Below, in pieces: positions 53,624 to 64,000 of a DNA stretch of 64,000 bases. The DNA is taken from assembly GCA_013265495.1 (NCBI GenBank), contig MU058423.1, positions 9,719,627-9,783,626 of the forward strand, in the 5' to 3' direction. Both the position numbers and the translations under genes were made by a program. How positions within the stretch are numbered: position 1 is the first letter of the stretch; the number at the start of each line of letters is the position of its first letter. The stretch comes from Vicugna vicugna (Eukaryota). The notes beneath the pieces were generated by a model. The model ran no database searches. It was given only the letters and a program-made list of their open reading frames with translations, and had not been told where the DNA came from.

Positions 53624-54168
53624 GCGTTTCTTCCTTGGACGACATGGTGTCTCCTTTGTTACAATTAGGTGCTGGAGTACAGGGCTAAAAAACCAATGGG
53701 AAAAAAAAATACCCCATTGAGCCTAGAAATAATACGTCCATTATTTCAACTATTCCTTTGCTATTGTCCTTCTCCTCATTAATTTATCCTCCCATTGTTC
53801 CTGACTGATCAGATGCGAGCACTAGATCAATCCAAATGTCCTCTTTTTCTTTCTTCTGGAATCCGAGCACTGTGGCAGGAACCTTTATTATGTGCAGATT
53901 GGTGCCAATATAAATTAACAGTTTTCACACAAAAATGCATATTCAGCTTTGTGCAGAAATATTCTATTTTCTTCTCCTAACTAGCTTTCTCTCCCATTGT
54001 CCAGATTGGCTATTTCAAAAACATTATTATTTCACTTCAAATCCTTCTAATTAAACCTCCAGGCTTCTCCCTTCACTCTTAGTAAATAACCTCACTTTCA
54101 ACTTGCAGGGAGAACAGAGCCCATCACACAAGATCTTCTGCAGCTTCCTTAATTCACCTATCCGATTT

Positions 54169-54368
54169 TTTTTTTATTGAAGTACAGTCAGTTACAATGT
54201 GTCAATCTCTGGTGCACAGCACAACATCCCAGGCATGCATATACATACGTATATTTGTTTTCATATTCTTTTTCGTTATACAAGATACTGAATATAGTTC
54301 CCTATGCAATGCAGAAGAAACTTTAAAAAAAAATCGATTTCTGTATACAGTGACTACCATTTGTAACC
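54169..54368 (-). mobile_element. Short lineage-specific L1 3'-end insertion
   Basis: polyT then attgaagtacagtcagttacaatgtgtcaa...caagatactgaatatagttccc. TSD-like cctatccgattt / cctatttgattt. Confidence 0.85.
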
Positions 54369-55284
54369 CCTATTTGATTTATCTGTACTCACCCTTCCCT
54401 GATGCTTGTGTTTACAATGGAAGAGGTACTATTTCTCTTGCGTAAAGTTTTGTATTATGAACTTGCCTATTTCCTCAAGGGCTGTGTTTTATCAGTATCT
54501 TTTATTTACATTACTTTTTTTCTTTGCTATTTCAATGGTTGAAGAGGATTTAAACACTTGCTAGCCTTTTCTGTCTTTAACAAGGGAGCAGACATAGTAA
54601 CCCTGCACATCTCTTTAACTACAGCATTACTTCCTTCCTCCTTTCCAAAATCAAGCATTTGGGAAGAGAGAGAGAGATCTAGAATTACTGTCTGTTAAGT
54701 CCTCATTTAACCAGTAATCGCTCTGCATGTTAAAATCTGCTTTTTGTCTTTAAAGCTGTTTTTTTTTTAAAGTCTCACTGCTGTCTTTGCTGCTAAATCT
54801 AATGAAAATCCTGTAGTCTTTACCTTGCTTGATCTTTCTCTTGCATTTTGTTAATCCCCTCATTGTCTCACAAGGGGGTCCCACAAATCTCAAGAGATTT
54901 GCTCCTTTTCTTGTGAGACTTAGCCGACTGCTGGTGAGCATGGCTCTTCTCTCCCAAGAGGAGTTCACTCCTTTTTGCTTGTAAAACTTCATCCCTCCAC
55001 AGATTCTTGCCTGCATCATTCTCCAGCCCAAACCCTTTTTCTTTTCCAAGATGGATCCCCTTCTGCCGCAAGTCTTTTTTTTATCCACTCTCCTGGGACC
55101 ATCCCCACACTTTCTCCTGGGGGTTCCTCAAGTCTCACAAGATTTTCCTTTTGCATTTCATAGTATAGACCACTTCTTGAAATATTTTTTCTCTTGCATT
55201 TCTGTAATACCACGTCTTCCATTTCATTCTTCTTCCTTCTTCCATTTTGCCCATGATTCCCAAGTCTACAGCTCCAAAGCCTCT

Positions 55285-55620
55285 GATTAGTTTCTTATGG
55301 CCACTCTAGCAAATTGCTACAAACTTGGTGGCTTAAAACAACAGAAATGTATTCTCTCACAGTTTTGGAGGCTAGAAGTATAAAATCACAGTGTCAGCAG
55401 AGCTGCTACCTCCTGAGGACCAAGGGGAGAATCCATTCCTTGTTTATTCCAGCTTCTGGCGGCTATTGGAATTCTTGGCATGCCAGCTGGTTTTCTTTGT
55501 CAACTTGTTTGGGGCATGGTAGCTGGTGATTTAATCAAGCACGAATCTAGGTGTTGCTGTGAGGGTACTTTATAGATGTGGTTAACATCTACAGTTACTC
55601 TAAGTAAAGGGGATTATTAT
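55285..55620. mobile_element. MLT1C-like LTR fragment followed by MLT2-like fragment
   Basis: acaaacttggtggcttaaaacaacagaaatgtattctctcacagtt, then tctaggtgttgctgtgagggta...agatgtggttaacatctaca. Confidence 0.7.
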
Positions 55621-55799
55621 GCTGGCTGGCATAAAATTATTTTCAATTAGAAAAAAATATATTGTTAATGTAAGTGAAGCTTGAGAAGAAGGAAGCTGAA
55701 TTCCTAGGTGATGCTAGTTTTCCTGGAGTTCACTGATCCCTCACTGACCTCTGGTCTCCTGCCTGCCCTGAAGTCCTTCTCTGGCTCAGTTCATTAATG

Positions 55800-57290
55800 T
55801 GCTCTCCATCTGCGGAGGGCTAGTGCAGCAAGATCTGTACACTGAAAATCCCAAAATACTGCTCGGAGAAGCACCAAATAAACGGACAGACGTATCATGC
55901 TCATGACTGACATACCTGCTAATAAAATCCCAATAAAAATTCTAGTAGATTTTTTGGGTAGATGGATAAGTTGATTTATTCTGAAATCTACACAAAACAG
56001 CAATGGATATTTTAAAAAATACAATCTTAAAGGAGTAAAATTAAATTGGGAGACTACCAATAATTAAAGATGCAGCTAATAAGACAGTATAGTATAGAGG
56101 CAAGACTGGACCAAGAGACTAATGGAACAGGATAGAGAAGACCCAGCTGTAGACTCATATATATCTGGCCACCTGATATAAAACTAAAGCATCAACATGT
56201 TCAATTGGAGAAAAGGGTGTTCTTACTGATAAGTAGTGCTGGACCAACTGAATATTTATATGAGTTAGAAATGAACTTTGATCTTTAATTCATATACCAC
56301 ACACTTAAAAATTAACTTGAGATGGAGCATGGACTTAACCATAAAAGATAAAACTTTTCTTATTCATTAAAACCACCATTAAAGGGAAACATTATACCCC
56401 AGAATGGAAGAAGATATTTGCAACACGTACATCTGACAAATGTTCAGAATTTGTAAAGAGGCCCTCAAATCAACAAGCAAAAGACCAACAATGCAAATTT
56501 TAAAATTACAAATAACTTTAACAGGCATTCTGCAAGAAAGGAGATCTAGATAATCAGTAAGTGTGTGAAAAGGTGATCAGTACCATCACTCATGGTAGAC
56601 ATGCAAATTAAAATGATTAAAATGTGATACTCCTACCTGTGTCAACATAAAATGATGTAACTGCTTTGAGATATTAGTTGTTCTTGCCAAATCTAAACAA
56701 ACATCTTCTTTGACCCAACAGTTTAACTCCTGAGTATATACTTAAGAGATGTTAAGTCCATACACACATACACACACAGAGAGAGAATAAAACAAGAATG
56801 TTGCAAGCAACCTTATTCATAATAGTTTAAAACTGGAAACTCCCAAAAAGCCCATCAATAGAAGAATGGGTAAGTAAACTGGGATGTGTTCATGTAGTGG
56901 AATTTTACCCAACAGTGCCCAACAGAAAAAATGAGTGAACTAAAATACATGAAATACTGTGAATGAATCTCGTGGACATTATGTTAAATGCAAAGGCCAG
57001 CTGTAAAAGAGCGTATGTTGTATAATTCCCTTCACTGTGTGAACTTTGAGAACAGGCAAAACACATCAATGATGACAGGAGTCAGAATATTATTTACTCC
57101 TGCACATGGAGGATAGACTGAGCTGAGGCAGATACAACTTGATTTGTATCTTGATCTAAATCATGATTGCATGGGGATATATACATATACACACACATAT
57201 ATATGTCCACAACTTTATCAAGCTTTTCATTTAAGAGTATACACCTTTTATTTGTGTTATGTTGTGTTATGACTTAATTAAAAATGTAAA
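55800..57290 (+). mobile_element. Ancient L1 (L1M-type) 3' part
   Basis: Decayed ORF2 and 3' UTR motifs (agatatttgcaacacgtacatctgacaaa; aaactggaaac; tgaatgaatctc). Confidence 0.75.
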
Positions 57291-57916
57291 CCCAAGCATT
57301 AAAACTACCCCAGGTGTCACCTCTTTCCACTGGGTGTCTCGTTCCAAATAGACAGCCTTGCCACGCCCACTCTGCTCTGCCTTCCCCAAGCCCTGCCCCT
57401 TCCGTGGGGCCCTGCTGCTGCTGGTTTTCCTGGGAAGCACTGTGTCACCCTCTTAGCTAAACAGTATCACCGATTCCACTGAGTGATCCTGGTGATGCAC
57501 TGGGCAAATAGATTATTAGGGTGAAATGTTTCTTTTACTTCTGACTTACAGTCATCTCCTAGAATTCAAACAGGGACTCAGCTGGAGACAATGCAGAGCA
57601 TCACAATGTTACACGAAGAAACACTTCCCCACCCGAATGCAAAGCTCAGGTATTGGGTGTGGGTGCCTGGCATTTTTGTCTTCCAGCATGAGTTTCGCTA
57701 GGAAGTTTCTCAGTCCTTTATACAGTTTAATCTCCAAAGGTTCTGTTTGGCAAATTGACCAGATGTACTTGTTTCTACCTGAATCCAGCAACGGCTGCAG
57801 GTTAGTCTCAAGCCAGGGCTTTCCATTAACTTCTATGGAATATATGGTTCCTGGGTGACGTGGTGGCACTTCTCGAACTTAACTTTGTGTTAGAATCACC
57901 TCAGGGGCTTAGAAGA

Positions 57917-58960
57917 GAAAAGTTTCCTAACCTGGTTTAGGCAAAAAATTCTTAGACGTGACTCCAAAACACAATTTATAATTTAAAAAATGATACATGG
58001 GACAGAATTAAAAGCGTTTGCTCTGTAAAAGAAAACTCCTGACAGAATGAAAAGACAAGCTATAAACTGAGAGAAAATGCAAGTCGTGGATCCAGAACAT
58101 GGAAAGAACTGTCAATGCCCAACAGTAAGAAAAGAAACTCATTTCAAAAATTGGCAAAAGTCTGGACAGGCACCAAAGGGGAGGCTATAAAAATGTCAAA
58201 TCAGCACATTTTTAACACGTTCAACACCATTAGCCGTAAGTGAAATGCAAACCTAAACCACAATGGGGTTCAGCTGCAGACGAAAACGAAAGATACCGCC
58301 AACATCAAGTGCTGAAGAAGACGCAGAGCAGCTGGAATTCTCATGGTTTGCCGTTGGCAGTGGAAATCCAAAACACACTTCGACAGTTCTTAATAAGGTT
58401 GAACATATACTTACTATATGATTCAGCAACTCCCGCTCTTTGGAGGAATGAAAGCTATGTTCACACACACACACACACAAAAAAACCTGTACACAAATGC
58501 TTATCTAGCCATCTCTCCCAAACTGGAAACAGCCCAAAGTTTTTCGATGAGTAAATGGATCAATTGTGATCCATCCATGCAGCGGACTGCTACTCAGCCA
58601 CAGACAGGAACAGGCTATTGATTCACGCCACAATTTGGGTGAATCTCAAATTCGTTACACAGAGGAAAAGAAGCCAATTTCAAAAGGCTGTATACCATGT
58701 GACTCCATTTATATGATCTTCTCAAAAAGATAAATCCATAAACAAGGAAAGCAGATCAATGGTTACCAAGGGTTAAGAGAATGGGGAGGTGTGGCTACAG
58801 AGTCATGGCATGAGAGAGTTGTTTGAGGTCACAGAAGGACTCTTTCCACATCCTAATGATGGTGGTAGGTACTACCACAAGTGCTAAAATGCATAGAACT
58901 GAACATGAAAAAGTCAACTTGACTACATGGTAATATAAAAAGTGAAATTATTAATTAAAA
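57917..58960 (+). mobile_element. Ancient L1 (L1MC/MD-like) 3' part
   Basis: aaaagacaagctataaactgagagaaaat; gtgaatctcaaa...aaaagaagccaatttcaaaaggctgtataccatgtgactccatttatatga. Confidence 0.8.
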
Positions 58961-61013
58961 AAAATGAAGACTTCCCATGCTTACAAGGTACAAGGATCCA
59001 GGGGAGTTTGTCAGGATCCAGCTGCCAGAGCTCATTAGACATGCCATTAGACACAGTTTCTCTTTCTGTCTCCACCTCCTGGTTAAAATTCAGCCAGGTC
59101 TCGACGTCTCTAAATGTTAAATCAATGTGTCAAAAATTATTCATGTATAAGGGGGCATATTGTCTTTGCTTTAATAATCATTTTAAGACAAGTTCTCCCC
59201 ACAAGATGGAAAAAATGACCACCAGCAATTCCAAGTTTACATTTGCCCCACAAACAAAAAGAAATCTTCACTTTCCCTGAACATAAACAATTTCCATTGA
59301 CAAAGTTTATGTCCCATGTCCATTCCTGAGCGCATCCTGAATGGCCAGGAGCTGGAACCCTGTCTTTGCCCACGTCTGTTGCTGGACCAGGGATAGGGGC
59401 AGCCCCATCCACGCCTAGACAAGAATGAAGTAAGTGTCGTTAACCAAAGGCATGCTGGATAGAGAGAAACATACGTCATGTAAGGTGGATTCAGTCCCGG
59501 GAAAGACATTTAACTATTCCTTGTTTCAATTTGTCCATGAAAAAGAAGGGGATAATAACAGTATCTTCTTAAAGCAATGACAGCATCTCTCCACCAGTGA
59601 GCTGGGCCACAGGCTCGCCTCTGTTTCTCCCAGCCATTTACACAGGCTGTTAACTATGGTTAAAGTGAATGGGGAAACAGTGCCACGGTACCTACATTTC
59701 ATATTTGTGAAAATGCAGGGCGCTGGGACTGGAAGTGTCCATGGGAAGTCATCTCTCCCATCCTTCTGATTTCAGCAAGGCCCATGCTTGTGCATTTCTA
59801 AGGGAAATAACATACATGTTTATGACTTTCATGGGATAATATCCTAACACTCAGTGATATGCTACCATCCTCAGGAATCTCAGAAACATCTTTAATTCAG
59901 CTAAGTCTTCCATGCTGTTGCTTTCATGAAATAACATGAAAGCTCAGGCCCCATCAGTATCTTATTTTCTTCATTAATAATTTTTTAAAGGAGCGAAGGA
60001 CCCGGTCTTCGCTATTTCAAATGTCATTATATACTCTTGAAAAGTCATTAAGTCATAAAATCCTTCAGCAATCATTTGTTCTTCGTATACCAAACTCTTG
60101 TTCTGCTAAACTTTATCATTCAGTCTTTAACCCTTTAAATCTTTTTTTCTCCCCTAAAACTTTCAGAAAATCTGCACAATCTCCTTCAGGATGAAGGGAG
60201 ACTGAGCTCTATAGATTTTCTCACTGACAACTAAAAAAACCCAGAAATGTCTTCAGAAGAGGAAAAAGGGGCACAGAACCCCAAGACGAGGTCATTCCAG
60301 GATCCTGAGGGAGTCCCAGTACTTTCCAGACCATCTGGTCTGTATCTAATTGCTAATGGATTGAACAGATTTTTTTTTATCCACAAATATAGCCTAAAGG
60401 GGAATTAAGTGGGATTTTTGAGAAAGCCTGGCACAAAAGAGCTGTTGTCAAAGAAAGCTAAAGAGGATAGTGATAAGTCAGGACATCAAATTGCACAAAA
60501 TACATATTTTCATTTTCTAATGGGGGAGAAATGTAGGGCTGCTTATATGAAGCATTTTCAAATCTATTCCATCCCCCCTTTAATTCAGCTGCACTAATTA
60601 GAATCTACTTAATTTCTCTAACCCCTTCTAAAAAATGAATCCCAGCCAGTACTCCAATTTTTTTCCTTCCTGATACTGTAGCTTTAATTGTGCATGGAGC
60701 TAAAAAGGTTGCCATGGAGATGGGAATCTGTGATGGGGCTGCTCTACTTCTCTGGCCTTGTTCTGAGTCTGGAGTGGAAGGTTCTATTGTTAAAAGAACA
60801 GAATTTTAATTTCTACCAATAAAACCTGTGTTTACCTTATAATGCAATTTTGTTCCCGTTGCTATCTTTTATTTCATAAAACCAATAAGGATGCTCAAGA
60901 TGACAACAACGAGAACGTTTTAGACGATTCGGTTTGCGAGCGCTGGAGAGCCCAAAAAAGGTGTCCCGACAGGCTCTGACGTTCAGCACACGCTCCTGCC
61001 ATAGTTTGGAAAC

Positions 61014-61034
61014 GTTTGCCACCTAGTGGCGACA
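61014..61034 (-). promoter_or_regulatory. CTCF binding motif
   Basis: The minus strand reads tcgCCACTAGGTGGCaaa, a full match to the CCASYAGRKGGC core, inside a CpG-retaining unique patch. Confidence 0.65.
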
Positions 61035-61346
61035 GCTGAGAAATGCCGAGTGATAGGACAAACACCACGTTTTTCGTTACTAGGAAGCAGGAAGAAAAGA
61101 GAATCATTGTTTCCAAAAATAGATTCTTCAAAGGAATTATTATTCAATAGATTCAGCGGCCACTGTTTATACCTCCTGCCTCTCTGTATGCTGTTGTCTG
61201 GAGTACATTTAAGACAGCTGAACTGTTCATTACTCAATGAGATCTTTGACAATTCCTTCCTTTGAGGTCTTCCTCAAACCTTCTATTGCACTCCCACTGC
61301 ATTTTGTTCTTACCCCGATTACAATACTGATCACATTGTATTTAGG

Positions 61347-61347
<1 letters not shown>

Positions 61348-61384
<37 letters not shown>
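61348..61384 (+). repeat. (GT)n microsatellite
   Basis: About 18 units. Confidence 0.95.
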
Positions 61385-61386
<2 letters not shown>

Positions 61387-61539
61387 ATCTTCTGCCAGGT
61401 TAAGTAGTTCATTGAAGGAAAAATGCTTTAACAGTTTGTGACTTCTCTGTTCATCCGGCAGCACCAGGGGTAGAGCAGGCTCCCAGTAAACGTTTACTGA
61501 ATTAATTAGTTGCCTTCTACCTTCAGCGTCTTCTTGAAG

Positions 61540-61860
61540 CACACGCCTCCTTGCTCTCTTTATTCCATTGACCTTTTCTAGCTCCTTCTCAGCACGCAGC
61601 GGCTCCCAACGCAAGACCTTTGCATACTGGTTTCCTTTGCCTGGGGTGATATGCCTCCCTCCTCTTTTCACGTGGTTGATAGCTACTCACCACTGCACTT
61701 TCAATTCAGAAATCTCCTCTAATATTCTTAGAGCTTTGCACAGTTGTGATTTTACATTTTGGGGCAACTATTTAATTCCTGTCGGCCTCCCCCAATAGTA
61801 TGGAAAGGCTTTAAAAGCAGTAACCACACCTGCTTTGGTTCACTGTGGTATCTCTAGTGA
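61540..61860 (+). mobile_element. L2 3' fragment
   Basis: agacctttgcatactggtttcctttgcctgg...gttcactgtggtatctctagtg. Confidence 0.65.
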
Positions 61861-61919
61861 TGAAAAATTCAGGCTTCATTATTAATTATAATTAAGTAGA
61901 ATATTTGCTCATGAGTACC

Positions 61920-62388
61920 TTTTTATATTTATTTTATTGAGATATAATTGACATATAGTGCTGTGTGAGCCTAAGGTATACAACATACTGATTTTATGCA
62001 TTTATATATTGCAGTATGATTACCACCCTGGAGTTAGCTAACACCTCTATCACGTCACGTAATTATCATTTCTCTTTTGTGATGGGAGCAGTTAAGATCT
62101 AGTCTCTTAGCAGCTTTGCAATTTATAACACTATTGTTGTTTACAGTGACCAAGCTGTGCGTTACATCTCCAAGGTTTATCTACTGGTTGCACATTTTTA
62201 TCCTTGAAAAACCTCTCTCCAGCCCCCGCAGCCACCTCCCTGGCCCCGGGAACCACTGTTCGGCTCTGTTTTCAAAGATTCCGCTTTTTGAGATTTCACA
62301 TTTAAGTGAGATCATACAGTGTTTTTCTTCTCTGTCACTTATTTCACTTAGCGTAATACTCTCAAGGTTCATCCCATGATGACAGGTT
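61920..62388 (-). mobile_element. L1 3' fragment (L1MA-like)
   Basis: tttattgagatataattgacata...taagtgagatcatacagtg...atttcacttagcgtaatactctcaaggttcatcc. Confidence 0.85.
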
Positions 62389-63119
62389 TTTAAATGTTCT
62401 ACAAAAATAATTCTAAAAAAAGAGTTATCGTCAGAGAATGTTTAACCTTGTTGGAAAAAATGCACAATTTGACCAAGTTTATTTGAAAGATACAATCCTC
62501 ATTTGAATAGTTAGGTTCTTGTAGGATGAAAAAATAAATAAACTATCCATCTATCCATCTAAATCTACCTATTTATCTTCAAAGCACTCAGGTATGTTCT
62601 TCCCTGGGATTTTCACAGGTTCCCTTCACGTTTCAGTCAGTAAACATGCAATCATGAGCATTTGTGCAGGATACTGTAGCAAAAAGAACGCACACTTTGG
62701 AGTTAGATCCAGTTTCAAATGGCTTGGCTATTTCCAGGCTATGAGAGCTTGATGTTGTAGCCTCTACCAACTTCAATTTACTCATCTTTTAAATGCGATT
62801 AACAAAAACAGCTTTTCAGGACAATTGCCGAGATTAGCATACCCTTATTTTTAAATCATCCTTGTTAATCCTTGCTGACCAAGTTGAGTACCTACTATAT
62901 GCTGGGAAAGCAAAAATAAGTAAGATGCTGTCCTGGAACCCCAGTGTATGAACCGGTGATTCTGAAGAGGGCTGACAGATCTGTAAATAGTGATAACAGT
63001 GAGAGGTAACAGGGAGAGGAAAAGGTGAGTCAGGAGCACACGTGGCGCTGGCAGTGAGGGGCCGGGATAGGGGAGGACTTGCCCATTTCCTCTCACAGTG
63101 GAGGTGTTCTGGTTAGCAG

Positions 63120-63420
63120 TGCACTAGGGCACACTGGCTGAGCCACTAGCTCTGTGCTTTGGGGCATGCTGTTTAATCTCTGCGCGCGCCTCAGTTTTGT
63201 CCTCTGTAGCAAGAACCTAATAAAGCATTTACAAGGTGCCAGGCCTCCTTCTCGATGCTTTATGTGTCTTAATGCCCATGATGCTTACAACAGCCTCATT
63301 TTATAGAAGAGGAACAGAGGATAGATAAAAGTAATGAATATCTTGCTCAAAGTCATAGAAATAATAAAAATGGCAGCGCTGAAATTCAAATCCAGGCATC
63401 TGGTCCAGGGCTCCACACTT
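63120..63420. mobile_element. Two MIR fragments in opposite orientation
   Basis: cctcagttttgtcctctgta (+) then cattttatagaagaggaacagagg...tcttgctcaaagtcatag (-). Confidence 0.6.
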
Positions 63421-64000
63421 AATTGTAACTGACTTTGTAAAGTGCAGTTAATATAATAACTGCATCTCTAGCACCTTCCACGTTGTCTGGCACAGAGGAA
63501 ACGTTCAATAAATTTTAGCTTTTGTTACTATTAGATTATTCTACTTAGTGGAAATATTCATTCAATTCAAAGTGAATTTTAAAATCTAGTTGAGTCTAAG
63601 GGAAATATTTAAAAATCTTGTTCTTCTAGGTTTTACCAATAGATGTAGGCAGATCACTAATCACCAGCAGTGCTTTTGCCTTTCAAGAGCCCTCTTGTGG
63701 AAAAGCACGATAATTCAGGGTAGCGCTTTCATTTATCTGAGCATTGTTACATATCTGGGAAGAAATACTAAATGTAAAGAAAATCTATTAATATTTTTTA
63801 AGTTAGCATCACATTTCATTTCACTGAATGTAGCAAATATATTTCATTATTGATGAGATTAAATAAGTAAAACATTGCCAATGCTGTAAAAAAATTAAAA
63901 AGCCATTTCATGGAAAAATTGGAATCTGACATCACAGGAGAGCAAACCTTCTATGACTTTACAAGTTGTTTCTACTTACCTTTTAAATTGTCAAAAATTT

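Overview
This is mammalian, mostly AT-rich non-coding DNA. The short L1 3'-end insertions look cetartiodactyl, and I saw no ruminant, pig or whale SINEs, so a camelid source is my best inference. I cannot recognise any protein-coding gene. The ORF track is explained by chance ORFs, GC-rich promoter DNA and decayed L1 ORF2. The window contains: (i) a CpG-rich promoter-like edge at 1-400; (ii) a CpG-island promoter region at about 32.5-34.4 kb with two + strand splice donors, G4 motifs and a duplicated 40-bp promoter module; (iii) dense interspersed repeats, including about 12 solo ERV LTRs (several with target-site duplications), MaLR LTRs, L1, L2, MIR, MER53 and MER58; (iv) a 5'-inverted (twin-primed) L1; (v) a three-level nested insertion; (vi) an unassigned ~285-bp palindrome at 23048-23332; and (vii) a strong CTCF motif at about 61.02 kb. 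I see no supportable new biological system. The palindrome and the promoter duplication are the best leads. Repeat family names come from recalled consensus similarity, not from a database search.
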